A DNA stretch of 64,000 bases from Antedon mediterranea. Taxonomy: Eukaryota > Animalia > Echinodermata. The position numbers were made by a program, and so were the translations under genes. Location of the stretch: positions 20,384,795 through 20,448,794 of the forward strand of contig NC_092670.1 in NCBI RefSeq assembly GCF_964355755.1, in the 5' to 3' direction. Of this stretch, positions 39,584 to 51,650 are shown in pieces; within the stretch, counting starts at the first letter, position 1; each line of letters opens with the position of its first letter. The notes under the pieces were generated by a model. The model was given only the letters and a program-made list of their open reading frames with translations, was not told the origin of the DNA and did no database searches.

Positions 39584-41528
39584 TACTTATTTCATATATA
39601 TCAAAACAAATGTTCTGTAGTAAAAAATTTTTTTAAAATAAACACAGAACACACTACTTCATCATGGACAGTGACAGTGATGATATGGAAATGGAAATAA
39701 AACCATTGACAGATTTTTAAAGAAATGTGGCAATGGTTGGGCCACTCAACAAACTGAATGTACAGGTAGATCTATTAAATTAGCTGTTTAACCAATATAT
39801 GTACAGTATATAATTATCTTGTAATAAGTTGGTTGTTCAAACACTGATTTACCTCTTGTATTTTAAATCAATATCCTATTATATATGTATTCATTATTAT
39901 TCAATGCTGTTTGTTTTCAGATAACTTATGAAAGCAGAGACAATAATGACTGTGGTATAAAAATTCTACAGTCTATTGAAGCTTTACTGGCAATGGTAAC
40001 TTTGATTTATATTAAACTACTTGTACTACAGTACTGTACTTATCAATCCATGAATTTCAATCAAAAAAATAAAACACAATATTATGTATCTTTGTAATGT
40101 TTTCAGAATGTAAATGAAGATAGTTTGAGTGCAAATGGAGTATCTATTAACATTCCTCAACCAAGCACACACATGAGATTAGTAAGATAAGAAAGCTACT
40201 GTACACGAAATCATGCTGTAAGTTGATAATTAATCATACAATGTAACCATTACAATATGTAAAATTTGAATAATATGTCAGAAAATTGTCGGAGAAGTAT
40301 CCAATGAAATATTTAGTCAACAAAACAAAACCATTAATTGTAATTAACACTATTTAATAAATATTTTTAAAAGTACTGTATAAAACGGTGGCTTGTATGT
40401 ATAAAAATGTACTGATCATTTATAAATATATACTAGAACCTTATCATTTACAAAATACATGAATACTTGTTCTTTCAGAGCATTAATGGCAGACATGAAT
40501 GAAAGTGAAAGACCAAAATTACCAATTCACCTGTTCTTTACATTTACTCCCATATTTCTGTTTAAGAGATATATAAGCTACAATGTCGCATGAAGTTGTC
40601 TGCTGTCATATATGACAACAATTGGTCATTGGGTGCTGGTCAACCCGTACCCAAACCAACTCGTACCCACTTTGGCTAACCCGTACCCAAACCAACTCGT
40701 ACCCATGCCAACTCGTACCCAACTGGGCTAACCCGTACACAAATAATTGGTCAACTCGTACCCACTTTGGCTAACCCGTACCCAAACCAACCCGTACCCA
40801 TGCCAACTCGTACCCAACTTGGCTAACCCGTACACAAATAATTGGTCAACTCGTACCCACTTTGGCTAACCTGTACCCAAACCAACCCGTACCCATGCCA
40901 ATTCGTACCCAACTTGGCTAACCCGTACCCAAATAATTGGTCAACTCGTACCCACTTTGGTTAACCCGTACCCAAACCAACCCGTACCCATGCCAACTCG
41001 TACCTAAATATTTGGCTTACTCGTACCCAAGTATTTGGCTTACTCGTACCCATTATTTGGCTTACTCGTACCCATTATTTGGCTTACCCGTACCCAATTT
41101 GAATAATTACTTGTTGATCGGCGCAAAACTAGTGGTATGCTTTTGCCGTATGAATATTTTTATATTTAAATTGTTTTTTTATTTTACAGGTCTCGGTGAA
41201 ATGTGTGCTAATAAAAATGACCATTGATTTGTTGTAAACTTCGTTTAATTAGGCATTTATTTAATAGTATTATAGTTTTATAAACGCATGTTTGATGTGT
41301 CTTTATTTACGTAAGAGAACATTAATTAATAAAAAAATTTAACTGTTGTATAGTATTACAATTCTCAATTAAGCCCAGGTAAAGTAGGCCTACCAACAAC
41401 GTATAATTTTTATACTTATCAATTTTTATCACCTCATTATCTTCCCTGATTAGATTCGATCAAATAATTATTATTTCTATTGTATTGGTAATTTAAAATT
41501 GGTTGCATTATTTTTTAAGCAAAAAGCC

Positions 41529-42022
41529 TGTGTTACGTGTTTTTGCACACCGGGATTAACCTTTTATTATTTATTACGCATTTATAGGGCGTCAAAGAGA
41601 CGACTCGGTAATGACGTATGATCGTTTTCCATATATTGTATTTATTAATAATTCAGTGAAATGATCATATTGGGGATCATAATTATACACGTACTGTAAG
41701 GCCTGCAGGGCTATGTGGGGTAGAATTACTCGTAGATATCGTGTAACATGTTTTTGCTGACCGGGATTAACCTTTTATTATAAAAAAAAAACACGCATTT
41801 ATAGGGCGTCAAAGAGACGACCCAGTAATGACGTATGATCGTTTTCCATATATTGTATTTATTAATAATTCAGTGAAATGATCATATCGGGGATCATATA
41901 CACGTACTGTAAGGCATGCAGGGCTATGGGGTCAAATTACTCGTAGATTTCGTGTTACGTGTTTTTGCTGACCGGGATTAACCTTTTATTATAAAAAAAA
42001 CACGCATTTATAGGGCGTCAAA
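41529..42022 (+). repeat. ~211-bp tandem repeat, ~2.3 copies
   Basis: GTGTTACGTGTTTTTGCTGACCGGGATTAACC starts at ~41530, 41741 and 41952. Confidence 0.85.
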
Positions 42023-45000
42023 GACGTTGCCGAAAATTGGCGAAAATTCAAACTAGATTTTGAGGTGTATCTAGCAGCCACTCACGGTACAAAAAATGAC
42101 AAGGAGAAGTGCTTCATATTTCTAAATATAGCAGGCGAGGAGGCAATCGAACGCTACAGGTCATTTGATTTTGAGAACGAAGAAGCAAAGGTAAACCTTG
42201 ACATTGTAAAGAAAAAATTCAAAGCACATTGCGCACCACAGAGAAACATTGTCATTGAAAGGCACAAGTTTAACACAACAAATAAGAGTAGTGGAGAATA
42301 TATACAAACATACGTCACCACACTCAAGAAATTAGCAGGCACGTGCGAATTTGGTGAGTTACGAGATGAGTTAATCAGAGATAGAATAGTCGTAGATAGA
42401 CAACGATAGGGTCAGAAAGGCCCTCCTCCGAGAAAAAGACCTAAAACTAGAAAAAGCTATACAAATCTGCCAGATACACGAGGCCACTGACAAATCAAGT
42501 GAAATGCTTACTCCTAGTGCTATGACCAATTCAGTAGAAAAGTTGACCATCTCAGGTACACCAACAATATTAGTAGTACCACTAGGCCTAGTCCAAACTC
42601 ATGGATTAAAGACTGTACTCGCTGTGGAAAATCACACTCTCGTAGAAACTGCCCGGCATTTGGTGCCAGGTGCAGAAAATGTGACAGGACAGGTCATTTT
42701 GCTATATTATGTCAAAGCAGAACAGCAAATCGGCACTATGCAGACGACAGTGTCCGACAGGAGCGAAGGCGTCCAAGCTACTCGCGTTACAAAAACGTCC
42801 AAGAAATTAGCCAATTTCCTGAAAGTGATGAGTGTGATTATGAAATGGAACAAATTGACCCAGTAATTGAAATCGACCTACTCAATAAGGCAAATGATAT
42901 CAAGGTTAACGTCACCACACGCAGCAAACCTCCAACTCTAAAGTTAGACACAGGTGCCAAGTGTAATGTCTTACCACATCACATGATACAAGGTATTGGA
43001 CAAGAAGCTGCAATTGACAGCACAAAGCGTGCCAGCCTAAGAGCTTTCGGTGGTACAATTATTCATACAATGGGACAAATAAACCTACCAATAACTGTCG
43101 CTGGTAAAACATACAACACAAGCTTCTACATAGTGAAAGAAAACTGCTCACCCATTCTAGGACTTGACGACTCTCTGAAACTGAACCTCATAACTATCAA
43201 CGATGATATTGTACACGAGCTAGCCGATGCTGAAGCTCCTGAGATTACAAAGTTTTCAGAAGTGTTTGATGGCAAATTAGGCAAACTGCCTTTAAAATAT
43301 AAAATGAAAATTGATTCAGATATACCACCAATCATTCGACCACCAAGGCGTGTACCCAAACCCATGGAAGAAAAAGTAAAAACCGAGCTTAAGAGAATGA
43401 CAGATCTTGGTGTCATAACACCAGTAGAAGAAGCCACCGATTGGGTTTCTTCAATGGTTACAACCAAAAAGAAAAACACTGATGACATAAGACTATGTAT
43501 CGATCCCCGTGATCTAAACAAAGCCTTAAAAAGGCCACACCACTCCATGCGTACAATAGAACAAGCGACAATGAATCTTGCAAACTGTAAGGTTTTTACT
43601 GTGCTCGATGCTAAAAACTCCTTTTGGCAGATTCCACTCGATGATGAATCAACAAACCCGACGTGTTTTAACACTCCACTAGGAAGATTCAAATACTTAC
43701 AGCTACCATACGGAGTAAACAGTGGAAGCGAAGTATACCAAAGGGCAATGGAGACACTCTTCGAAGGATACCCATGGTGGATGACCTTCTAATAGGAGGA
43801 ATTGACATGGCGGATCACAATGAGAAGTTAGACAAAGTTTTAACTAGAATCAAAGAAGTAAACCTAAAACTGAACAAGGCCAAATGCAGATTCAGAACAA
43901 GCCAAGTATCTTACGTTGGGCACCTAATAACTAAAGATGGAATCAAACCAGACCCGACAAAAATCCAAGCAATTGTTGAAATACCACCACCTGAAAACCA
44001 AACCGAGCTGAGCAGGTTTTTGGGAATGCTAAACTATCTGTCCAAGTTTGTAGACACCAACTTCAGTGAAATGAAAGCCCCACTACGAGAGCTGCTTCGT
44101 CAGGACGTAATATGGAAATGGGAACCACATCATCAAAGCTCATTTGAAAGATTAAAGCAAAAGCTAATCTCCCCACCAGTCCTTGCATTTTACGATGTGA
44201 ATAAAGAAATCACACTAACTTGTGATGCGTCAAAGTATGGACTGGGTTGTGGTTGCCTACAAGAACGAAAACCAATTGCCTTTGCCTCAAGAACAATGAC
44301 AAGCACAGAACAAAACTATGCACAAATCGAAAAAGAGCTATTTTAATAGCTCTTTTTTTTTTTTTTTTTTTTCTTTTTTTTTTTTCTTTTTCTTAAAAGT
44401 ATTGTGTTTGCTACGACAAAATTTCACCAATACATCTATGGAAAGCATGTTACCATCGAAACAGACCATCAGCCACTTGTAACCATAATGAAAAAACCTT
44501 TACACAAGGCCCCAGCAAGACTTAAAAAGATGATGATGCAACTTCTTCGTTACGATTTTACACTTGTTTACAAAAGAGGTTCCGAATTACACCTGGCAGA
44601 CACTCTGTCAAGGGCACCCTGCAAGTCAACAGAACACATCAATCTTGAATATGAGGTAATGACACTATCACAAATATCAGAGCGACGAAAAGACGAATTA
44701 AAAGCAGCTACAATCAAAGACGAAGAAATGCAGCTTCTTAAAAACGTTATTATGAAAGGGTGGCCGACTAGGCAATTGAACTGTCCGATCGAAATTCGGA
44801 AATTCTTTCCATACAGAGACGAACTAACAATTCAAGATAACATTATAATGAAGTCTCACAAAGCCATGATTCCCAAATCACTGCAACAGGAATATGTTAA
44901 AGTCCTTCATGGTGGACATATTGGGGTAGAAGCGACAACGAGGCGTGCAAGGGCCATCGTTTACTGGCCCACAATGCAGAGTGACATACACAAATTTGTA

Positions 45001-46345
45001 GAGAACTGTAAAATATGCAATGCACTAAAACCACATCAACAAAAGGAACCACTGAAATTGCACCCTATTCCAGACCTTCCTTGGCAGATTGTAGCATCTG
45101 ACCTGTTTGAGTGGAACAACAAACACTATGTTGTCATCGTCGACTCATATTCTGGATGGTTTGATTTCAACTCACTGCATGATATGAGAAGTGAAAGTGT
45201 GATTTTAAAACTAAAGCGAAGCTTTAGCACCCATGGAATACCAAGTTTGTTAATAACCGACAATGGCAGACAGTATGCATCTCACCAGTTTGCAAAGTTT
45301 GTTGAAGATTGAGGTATTAGACATATAACTTCAAGCCCGGAGTATCCAAAATCCAATGGGCTTGCAGAAAATGCTGTCAAGCAAGCAAAAGCTCTTCTAG
45401 AAAAAACAAGACAGGATGGTTCTGATATCTATCTCAACCTGTTGAATCTGAGAAACGTGCCACGTGACAATGACCTCCAATCACCAACACAAAGACTTAT
45501 GTCACGGACAACCAGAAGCACTGTGTATACAGCTAAACCTCTATTGAAACCTAGAGCCCTTCAAACCAAAAGAGTTAGTAATGCACTTTCAAAAAAGAGG
45601 CTGCAACAAAAACAATATCATGACAAAACTGCCAAGTTGTTGAAACCGCTAACAAAGAATCAAGTGGTAAGAGTTCAGACTAAAAAGGGCTACCAAAAAA
45701 TCGGAGTAATTAAGCGAGTCTTAGAACAGCCAAGATCATGTGAAGTGCAGCTACCACAAACAACAATCCGAAGAAACAGACAGCACTTGCTTGCGGTAAA
45801 AGAACAACCACCAAACACCAAAACAGAAACTGAATCAACCATGAACGAACCTGAAGATAACACATACATGGAACCAACTCAACATAATGCACACATGACA
45901 GATGACCAAGAGAAAGAATTTCTCCCAAACATACAGACAAGAAGTGGCAGACTTGTAAAAACGCCAGAATACCTTAAAGACTATGAATGGTAACGCCATA
46001 AGGGCAGAATAATCCCTTGTTACCAGGATCGACCTTAGGATAGTCCACCCAAAAGTCAAAGTTCTATTATTGCCTTCAAGAACGATTGTTGAAATTTGTT
46101 TTGTTTTTGTCGTTGGCGGACAGTACTTTTCTGTAATTGTTTTTTAAATATTATAATGACAATATCATATTAACAAATGTTATTAGGCCTTAACTTAAAC
46201 CAATACACCATTGAAACTGTTAAGCATATTGAATCAGTGTGATCTGCTATCAGTCACACCCAAGTTAAATGCTATTGATGATAATAATAAGTTTAGCCAT
46301 GCATCCAGCTTGGAAGGAAAGATGTAGAACATCGATGTTCTTAAA
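42023..46345 (+). mobile_element. Ty3/Gypsy (Mag-like) LTR retrotransposon, 5'-truncated and frameshifted
   Basis: Gag (VAENWRKFK..LAGTCEFG..LIRDRIV, CCHC knuckles), protease (KLDTGAKCNV), RT (RLCIDPRDLN, LDAKNSFWQ, VDD), RNase H (CDASKYGLG, YAQIEKE, TDHQPL) and integrase (HGGHIG..CKIC, DLFE, TDNG). Polypurine tract GGAAGGAAAGA then TG at 46323. No 5' LTR seen. Confidence 0.93.
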
Positions 46346-46797
46346 GTCATTTTCATTGTTTATTAAAGTTGTTTTTAGAAAATAATAGATTAATAACTAT
46401 TCATAAATGAAAAAAAAATAGAATGCAGCACAGCCGACCACTGACATCTTCCATGTAAAATAGCGCCCTCAAGTATTAACTTGACCAAATACGACGTACC
46501 AAATACGATGAAAGCTGTGGCTTTTTCGTACGAGTCTGTACATATTATACTTTTAGGTCAATAGTTTTTGCCATTATAATATCGAACATATGATTGGTAT
46601 CTAACAATGTAATAAAACTGGGTTTAAATGTAATATAAATATACTTTAAATAGCATTAAACTTGGGTACGGGTCAGCCAATGATGGGTACGGGTGAGCCA
46701 AAATTTTGGGTACGAGTACGGTAAGCCAAAATTTGGGTACGAGTTGGTGGGTATGAGTTTAATAGCATGGCCCTGGGTACGGATTGACCTGTATTCA

Positions 46798-47205
46798 GGT
46801 CTAACTAGGCTAGGGCCTAGCCTTACTAGCCTAGTATTAGTAAGCTAGGCTAACCTAGCCTACGCCTAGTAGCTGACTAGCGCCTAACCCTAACCCTGTA
46901 GGGCATAGACTCCTAGTACTACTAGGCCTAGCCTAGAGTCTAGTAGTAGGCTAGGCCTAGTAGCTAGCTCTAGAGTAGCCTAGCTAGAGTAACTAGGCCC
47001 TAGCTAGGCTAGTATAAGTCTAAGTAGGCTAGCCTAGCTAGAGAGAGGTACGCCTCCTCAGATACCTCCAAATTCAACGATTCAGACAGTTCTACTACTA
47101 CTAGGCCTACTAACGATACCACCACTGCACTCGGCCTGCTGGATCGGAGAGAGAGAGGATCGAGTGTGGATAGAGAGTAGAGTAGAGGCAGCCTAGCCTA
47201 GGCGA
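46798..47205. repeat. CTAG/AGGCCT-rich low-complexity tract
   Basis: Dense CTAG, TAGGCCTA and TAGCTAG words, with the same texture as in the first introns of PLBD1 and the TFPT-like gene. Confidence 0.7.
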
Positions 47206-47430
47206 GGAGGGAGCTCTTCTTTCTCTCTCTTTCTTTCTTTCCCTATTCATAATTATTTTAATTTATAATATATCTCTAACATTCATTAATAAAATTATAT
47301 ATTTATTATTGATATTTATTTATATGAATAATAGTATACCAAACGGTACAATCAATTAAATGAATTTTCCGTACAAAATGAATTATACAACTTACAAGAG
47401 GATGGCATAAGTGATAGCTAGCTCTCAGAT

Positions 47431-48796
47431 GATGGATTAAAGAATAGAAGGATATGCATCGACGGTGACATCAAACGATTTTACAACGCGCTTGTTGCCT
47501 ATAAAGCACTGCTGCCAATCAAACAAACACGCTCATTGAACTCCGTGTCTCTAACCGCGGCCCTCTGTAAAACGCTGAGAATCAACTGTTACATTTTTTT
47601 AGACCAAAACGTAACCATGTAGCAATCGTATGCGCAGTCTGAATGTTCTATTGACATGTCTGCGTCGATGATTAATTGACAACAAAAATATATTGCTGAA
47701 TAATTCTGTTTTATTAGTTTCATCACAATCGGACTACGAAAAGTTCACTTTCTTTCGACTGGTAATTTTAAGTAGTTGGTAATATTAATAAAATATGCAT
47801 TTTTTATATTTGAATTATCATTATTTGCCTGCCATCTTCTGTCATTAAAAATTGCGTTAATCTATAGAATATTAAATTATGCATTTGACCATGTATGTTG
47901 TTAGCGTGGCCGGTGTTCACCCATACAACAATCGTGTTTTTAATATATAGCTAAGCAGTGGTTTCTTCATAAATCTCCATCGATGTGATTATATTTAAAT
48001 TGTAGTGCCTGGTGATTGGCTAGTGGTTATGCCATCCACATCACATCCAATCACCGGGTCTAATTGAATGAAAACAGCGATCCCTGATCCGGGATTGGCT
48101 GGCTATGTATAGTTGCGATTCGTTACCTAGCGGTCGTTTTGAAAAGTACACGCAGGGCAAACTTAATCACGAACAAACGAAGTACCTATTATTATTCACA
48201 CAAGAAGTAAGACAACGGTGAGTATATAGATCATGATTACACGTTTTATCTACTGCACTTAAGATTAGCCTAGGCAGTATCAATGTCGGCAAATCATATG
48301 GTTTACTAGTAAGCCTAGGCCTAGTAATAGTATCCTTGCTGATTTTGTAATTGTACATGTAGGCTGAGACAACAAATAGTTATTTTCTCAGATGTAGGGC
48401 TATCATAAAATGCACTTTAATGTCATAAAAACATTAGCGTAGGCCTCTACCTAGATAAATCGCGGCAGAAACCTATACTAATTACAATTATAGCATCTAC
48501 AATTCCTCATCAGAAAGGTTATAACTAAATTCGTCGTCGTATAAATTGTTCGTCGCCTTTGTTGCTAGCGCTAAAAACATCATGCCACCAAAGAACGCGC
48601 GAAAGAAGCGTAGCCAACAAGGTTAAATGTCGTTGCACACATGTGCAGTAAACAATATATTAGGCACGCGACCGTTTCGTTGTTACCATGCGGTTAATTA
48701 AACTGATAACATTGTGGGCGGTCCGCGGTCTGTCGGCGAGAGTCAAGGAACCCTTGATCTCACGTCGATGCATATCCTTCTATTCTTTAATCCATG
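47431..48796. mobile_element. 1.37-kb non-autonomous TIR element, CATGG-type ends (P-like)
   Basis: 33-bp perfect inverted repeat ATGGATTAAAGAATAGAAGGATATGCATCGACG (47432-47464 and 48763-48795). Flanks CTCTCAGAT / CTCTCAGT suggest an 8-bp TSD with one indel. Confidence 0.8.
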
Positions 48797-48836
48797 CTCT
48801 CAGTTTATCAAAAAACAACTACAAAGATACAGCTGG

Positions 48837-48938
48837 CGATACGTCAAAAGTTTTTCTCTCTATAAAAAGTCACCTGATACACCACCACACTGTCACGTGG
48901 TTTAGACTCCGCCAAATATTACAGAGGGCGCTCGACTA
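48837..48938 (-). repeat. Second copy of the PLBD1 proximal promoter segment
   Basis: Direct repeat of 12068-12169 with 2 mismatches in 102 bp; offset 36,769 bp. Confidence 0.95.
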
Positions 48939-49344
48939 AAATTTAAGAATACAAAAAATGGGAGCTATATTTCCTATACCATCCTGGCTAGTTGAGAATT
49001 CTCAACTATTTTATGTTTTTTTCTACCTTTCTGGAAAATGATATAATCCAAATTGTATTAATACTACCAGTAATACATATTTAGAAACACTTGCATACCT
49101 TCACAAATTTTAGTTGTTTGTAGTTTAAGACAATCTTAGTGATATTTAAATGAAAACAATACGATAAAAACTATTGTGTCTGTATTTTAAAAGACTATGA
49201 CTTCCGTATAACGTGCATTGTGGGTACTTCAATTTTTATAGAAAAGCTAGGGAATCCTAATTTAGTAGGCAGCATATGGGGGCGGGGCGCGGGCAACCAA
49301 ACTTGCTTATCAAATCAAAGCACAGTAAAGCAAAGGATAAAAGT

Positions 49345-51445
49345 AATGTACGATCCCGTTTAACACTGTTCTCAACTATAGTCATTTTGGTATACTTGAG
49401 CACAGTGATAAAGAATAGGATAAACTTAACAATATACAACAAATAACATTAATGTACGATCCAGTTTAACACTGTTCTCAACTATAGTCATTTTGGTATA
49501 CTTGAGAACAGTGATAAAGAATAGGATAAACTTAACATTATACAACAAATAACATTAATGTATGATCCCGTTTAACACTGTTCTCAACTATAGTCATTTT
49601 GGTATACTTGAGCACAGTGATAAAGAATAGGATAAACTTAACAATATACAACAAATAACATTAATGTACGATGTAGTTTAACACTGTTCTCAACTATAGT
49701 CATTTTGGTATACTTGAGCACAGTGATAAAGAATAGGATAAACTTAACTATATACAACATATAACATTAATGTACGATCCCGTTTAACACTGTTCTCAAC
49801 TATAGTCATTTTGGTATACTTGAGCACAGTGATAAAGAATAGGATAAACTTAATAATATACAACAAATAGCATTAATGTACGATCCAGTTTAACACTGTT
49901 CTCAACTATAGTCATTTTGGTATACTTGAGCACAGTGATAAAGAATAGGATAAACTTAATAATATACAACAAATAACATTAATGTACGATCCAGTTTAAC
50001 ACTGTTCTCAACTATAGTCATTTTGGTATACTTAAGCACAGTGATAAAGAATAGGATAAACTTAATAATATACAACAAATAGCATTAAGGTATGATCCCG
50101 TTTAACACTGTTCTCGACTATAGTCATTTTGGTATACTTGAGCACAGTGATAAAGAATAGGATAAACTTAACAATATACAACAAAAAACATTAATGTACG
50201 ATCCAGTTTAACACTGTTCTCAACTATAGTCATTTTGGTATACTTGAGAACAGTGATAAAGAATAGGATAAACTTAACATTATACAACAAATAACATTAA
50301 TGTATGATCCCGTTTAACACTGTTCTCAACTATAGTCATTTTGGTATACTTGAGCACAGTGATAAAGAAGAGGATAAACTTAACATTATACAACAAATAA
50401 CATTAATGTATGATCCCGTTTAACACTGTTCTCAACTATAGTCATTTTGGTATACTTGAGCACAGTGATAAAGAATAGGATAAACTTAATAATATACAAC
50501 AAATAGCATTAATGTACGATCCCGTTTAACACTGTTCTCGACTATAGTCATTTTGGTATACTTGAGCACAGTGATAAAGAATAGGATAAACTTAATAATA
50601 TACAACAAAAAACATTAATGTACGATCCCGTTTAACACTGTTCTCAACTATAGTCATTTTGCTATAGTTAAGCACAGTGATAAAGAATAGGATAAACTTA
50701 ATAATATACAACAAATAACATTAATGTATGATCCCGTTTAACACTGTTCTCGACTATAGTCATTTTGGTATACTTGAGCACAGTGATAAAGAATAGGATA
50801 AACTTAATAATATACAACAAATAACATTAATGTACGATCCAGTTTACCACTGTTCTCAACTATAGTCATTTTGGTATACTTGAGAACAGTGATAAAGAAT
50901 AGGATAAACTTAAAAATATACAACAAAAAACATTAATGTACGATCCAGTTTAACACTGTTCTCAACTATAGTCATTTTGGTATACTTGAGCACAGTGATA
51001 AAGAATAGGATAAACTTAAAAATATACAACAAAAAACATTAATGTACGATCCAGTTTACCACTGTTCTCAACTATAGTCATTTTGGTATACTTGAGAACA
51101 GTGATAAAGAATAGGATAAACTTAACAATATACAACAAAAAACATTAATGTACGATCCAGTTTAACACTGTTCTCAACTATAGTCATTTTGGTATACTTG
51201 AGAACAGTGATAAAGAATAGGATAAACTTAACAATATACAACAAAAAACGTACATTAATGTACGATCCAGTTTAACACTGTTCTCGACTATAGTCATTTT
51301 GGTATACTTGAGCACAGTGATAAAGAATAGGATAAACTTAACAATATACAACAAAAAACATTAATGTACGATCCCGTTTAACACTGTTCTCAACTATAGT
51401 CATTTTGGTATACTTAAGCACAGTGATAAAGAATAAGATCAACTT
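49345..51445 (+). repeat. 106-bp tandem array (~20 copies), left arm
   Basis: Unit GTACGATCCCGTTTAACACTGTTCTCAACTATAGTCATTTTGGTATACTTGAGCACAGTGATAAAGAATAGGATAAACTTAACAATATACAACAAATAACATTAAT, period 106 (49371, 49477, 49583). Confidence 0.97.
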
Positions 51446-51536
51446 TAATACTATTTATTAAATTAAAAAATAAAAAAACTAATTCTATATTAACACATAT
51501 TATTTACATATACTTTCACTGCTGATTTCTAGTATA

Positions 51537-51650
51537 AACAGGCCATAGGCCTATACATGGCTGCAGTCGCGTGCTCAAATTTGAGTTGGTGTTTACCGAC
51601 CGACCGATCGACATAGTGGGCTGTAGAGTCGCGTTTGCACGCTACTAAAA
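51537..51650 (-). mobile_element. Short DINE-1/HINE-like element
   Basis: Minus strand: TTTTAGTAGCGTGCAAACGCGACT..CACTATGTCGATCGGTCGGTCGG..GCACGCGACT..GGCC hairpin, TGTTT. Confidence 0.6.

Larger units (their letters stand above)
18216..40560 (+). pseudogene. Decayed multi-exon gene: NRF1/EWG-like DNA-binding domain + vertnin-type OTU + PHD finger + Ulp1/C48-like protease
   Basis: AG/GT-bounded exons at ~18216-18287, 19111-19171, 19293-19376, 20447-20579, 20707-20802 (PRWWPQGIPFGSPN), 20945-21022, 21223-21269, 21446-21496, 25819-25983, 26236-26405 (VNGNGDCLFHSLSKLMYG), 26495-26685, 26816-~27010 (NHKVPL), 27272-27491 (ICCSSCQSWQHTECAG..FICC), 27743-27874 (SAIVDFYV), 28849-29020 (VFIFSS..DKELLIFP), ~39312-39765 (FIMDS), 39921-39994 (DNNDCGIKIL) and 40107-40181. 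Several stops, frameshifts and TE insertions. Confidence 0.7.
40631..46796. mobile_element. Non-autonomous DNA element with modular subterminal repeats (CCAACTCGTACCCA / GCTAACCCGTACCCA), hosting the Gypsy insertion
   Basis: About 30 CGTACCCA-type modules at 40638-41097 and inverted TGGGTACG modules at 46662-46789. Ends GGTCAACCCGTACCC / GGGTACGGATTGACC. No convincing TSD. Confidence 0.7.

Noticed and set aside
41529-42022. 5' LTR of the Gypsy element
   Set aside because: It does not match the sequence after the polypurine tract at 46323 and is a tandem repeat with no primer-binding site.
43126-43692. 188-aa antisense ORF and similar shadow ORFs over the TEs
   Set aside because: They lie opposite bona fide RT or transposase frames and show no motifs of their own.
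12170-48836. Polinton/Maverick, Teratorn or endogenous virus as the identity of the large block
   Set aside because: No DNA polymerase B, capsid, packaging ATPase, helicase or element-level transposase was recognised. The hAT and Gypsy enzymes belong to nested insertions.
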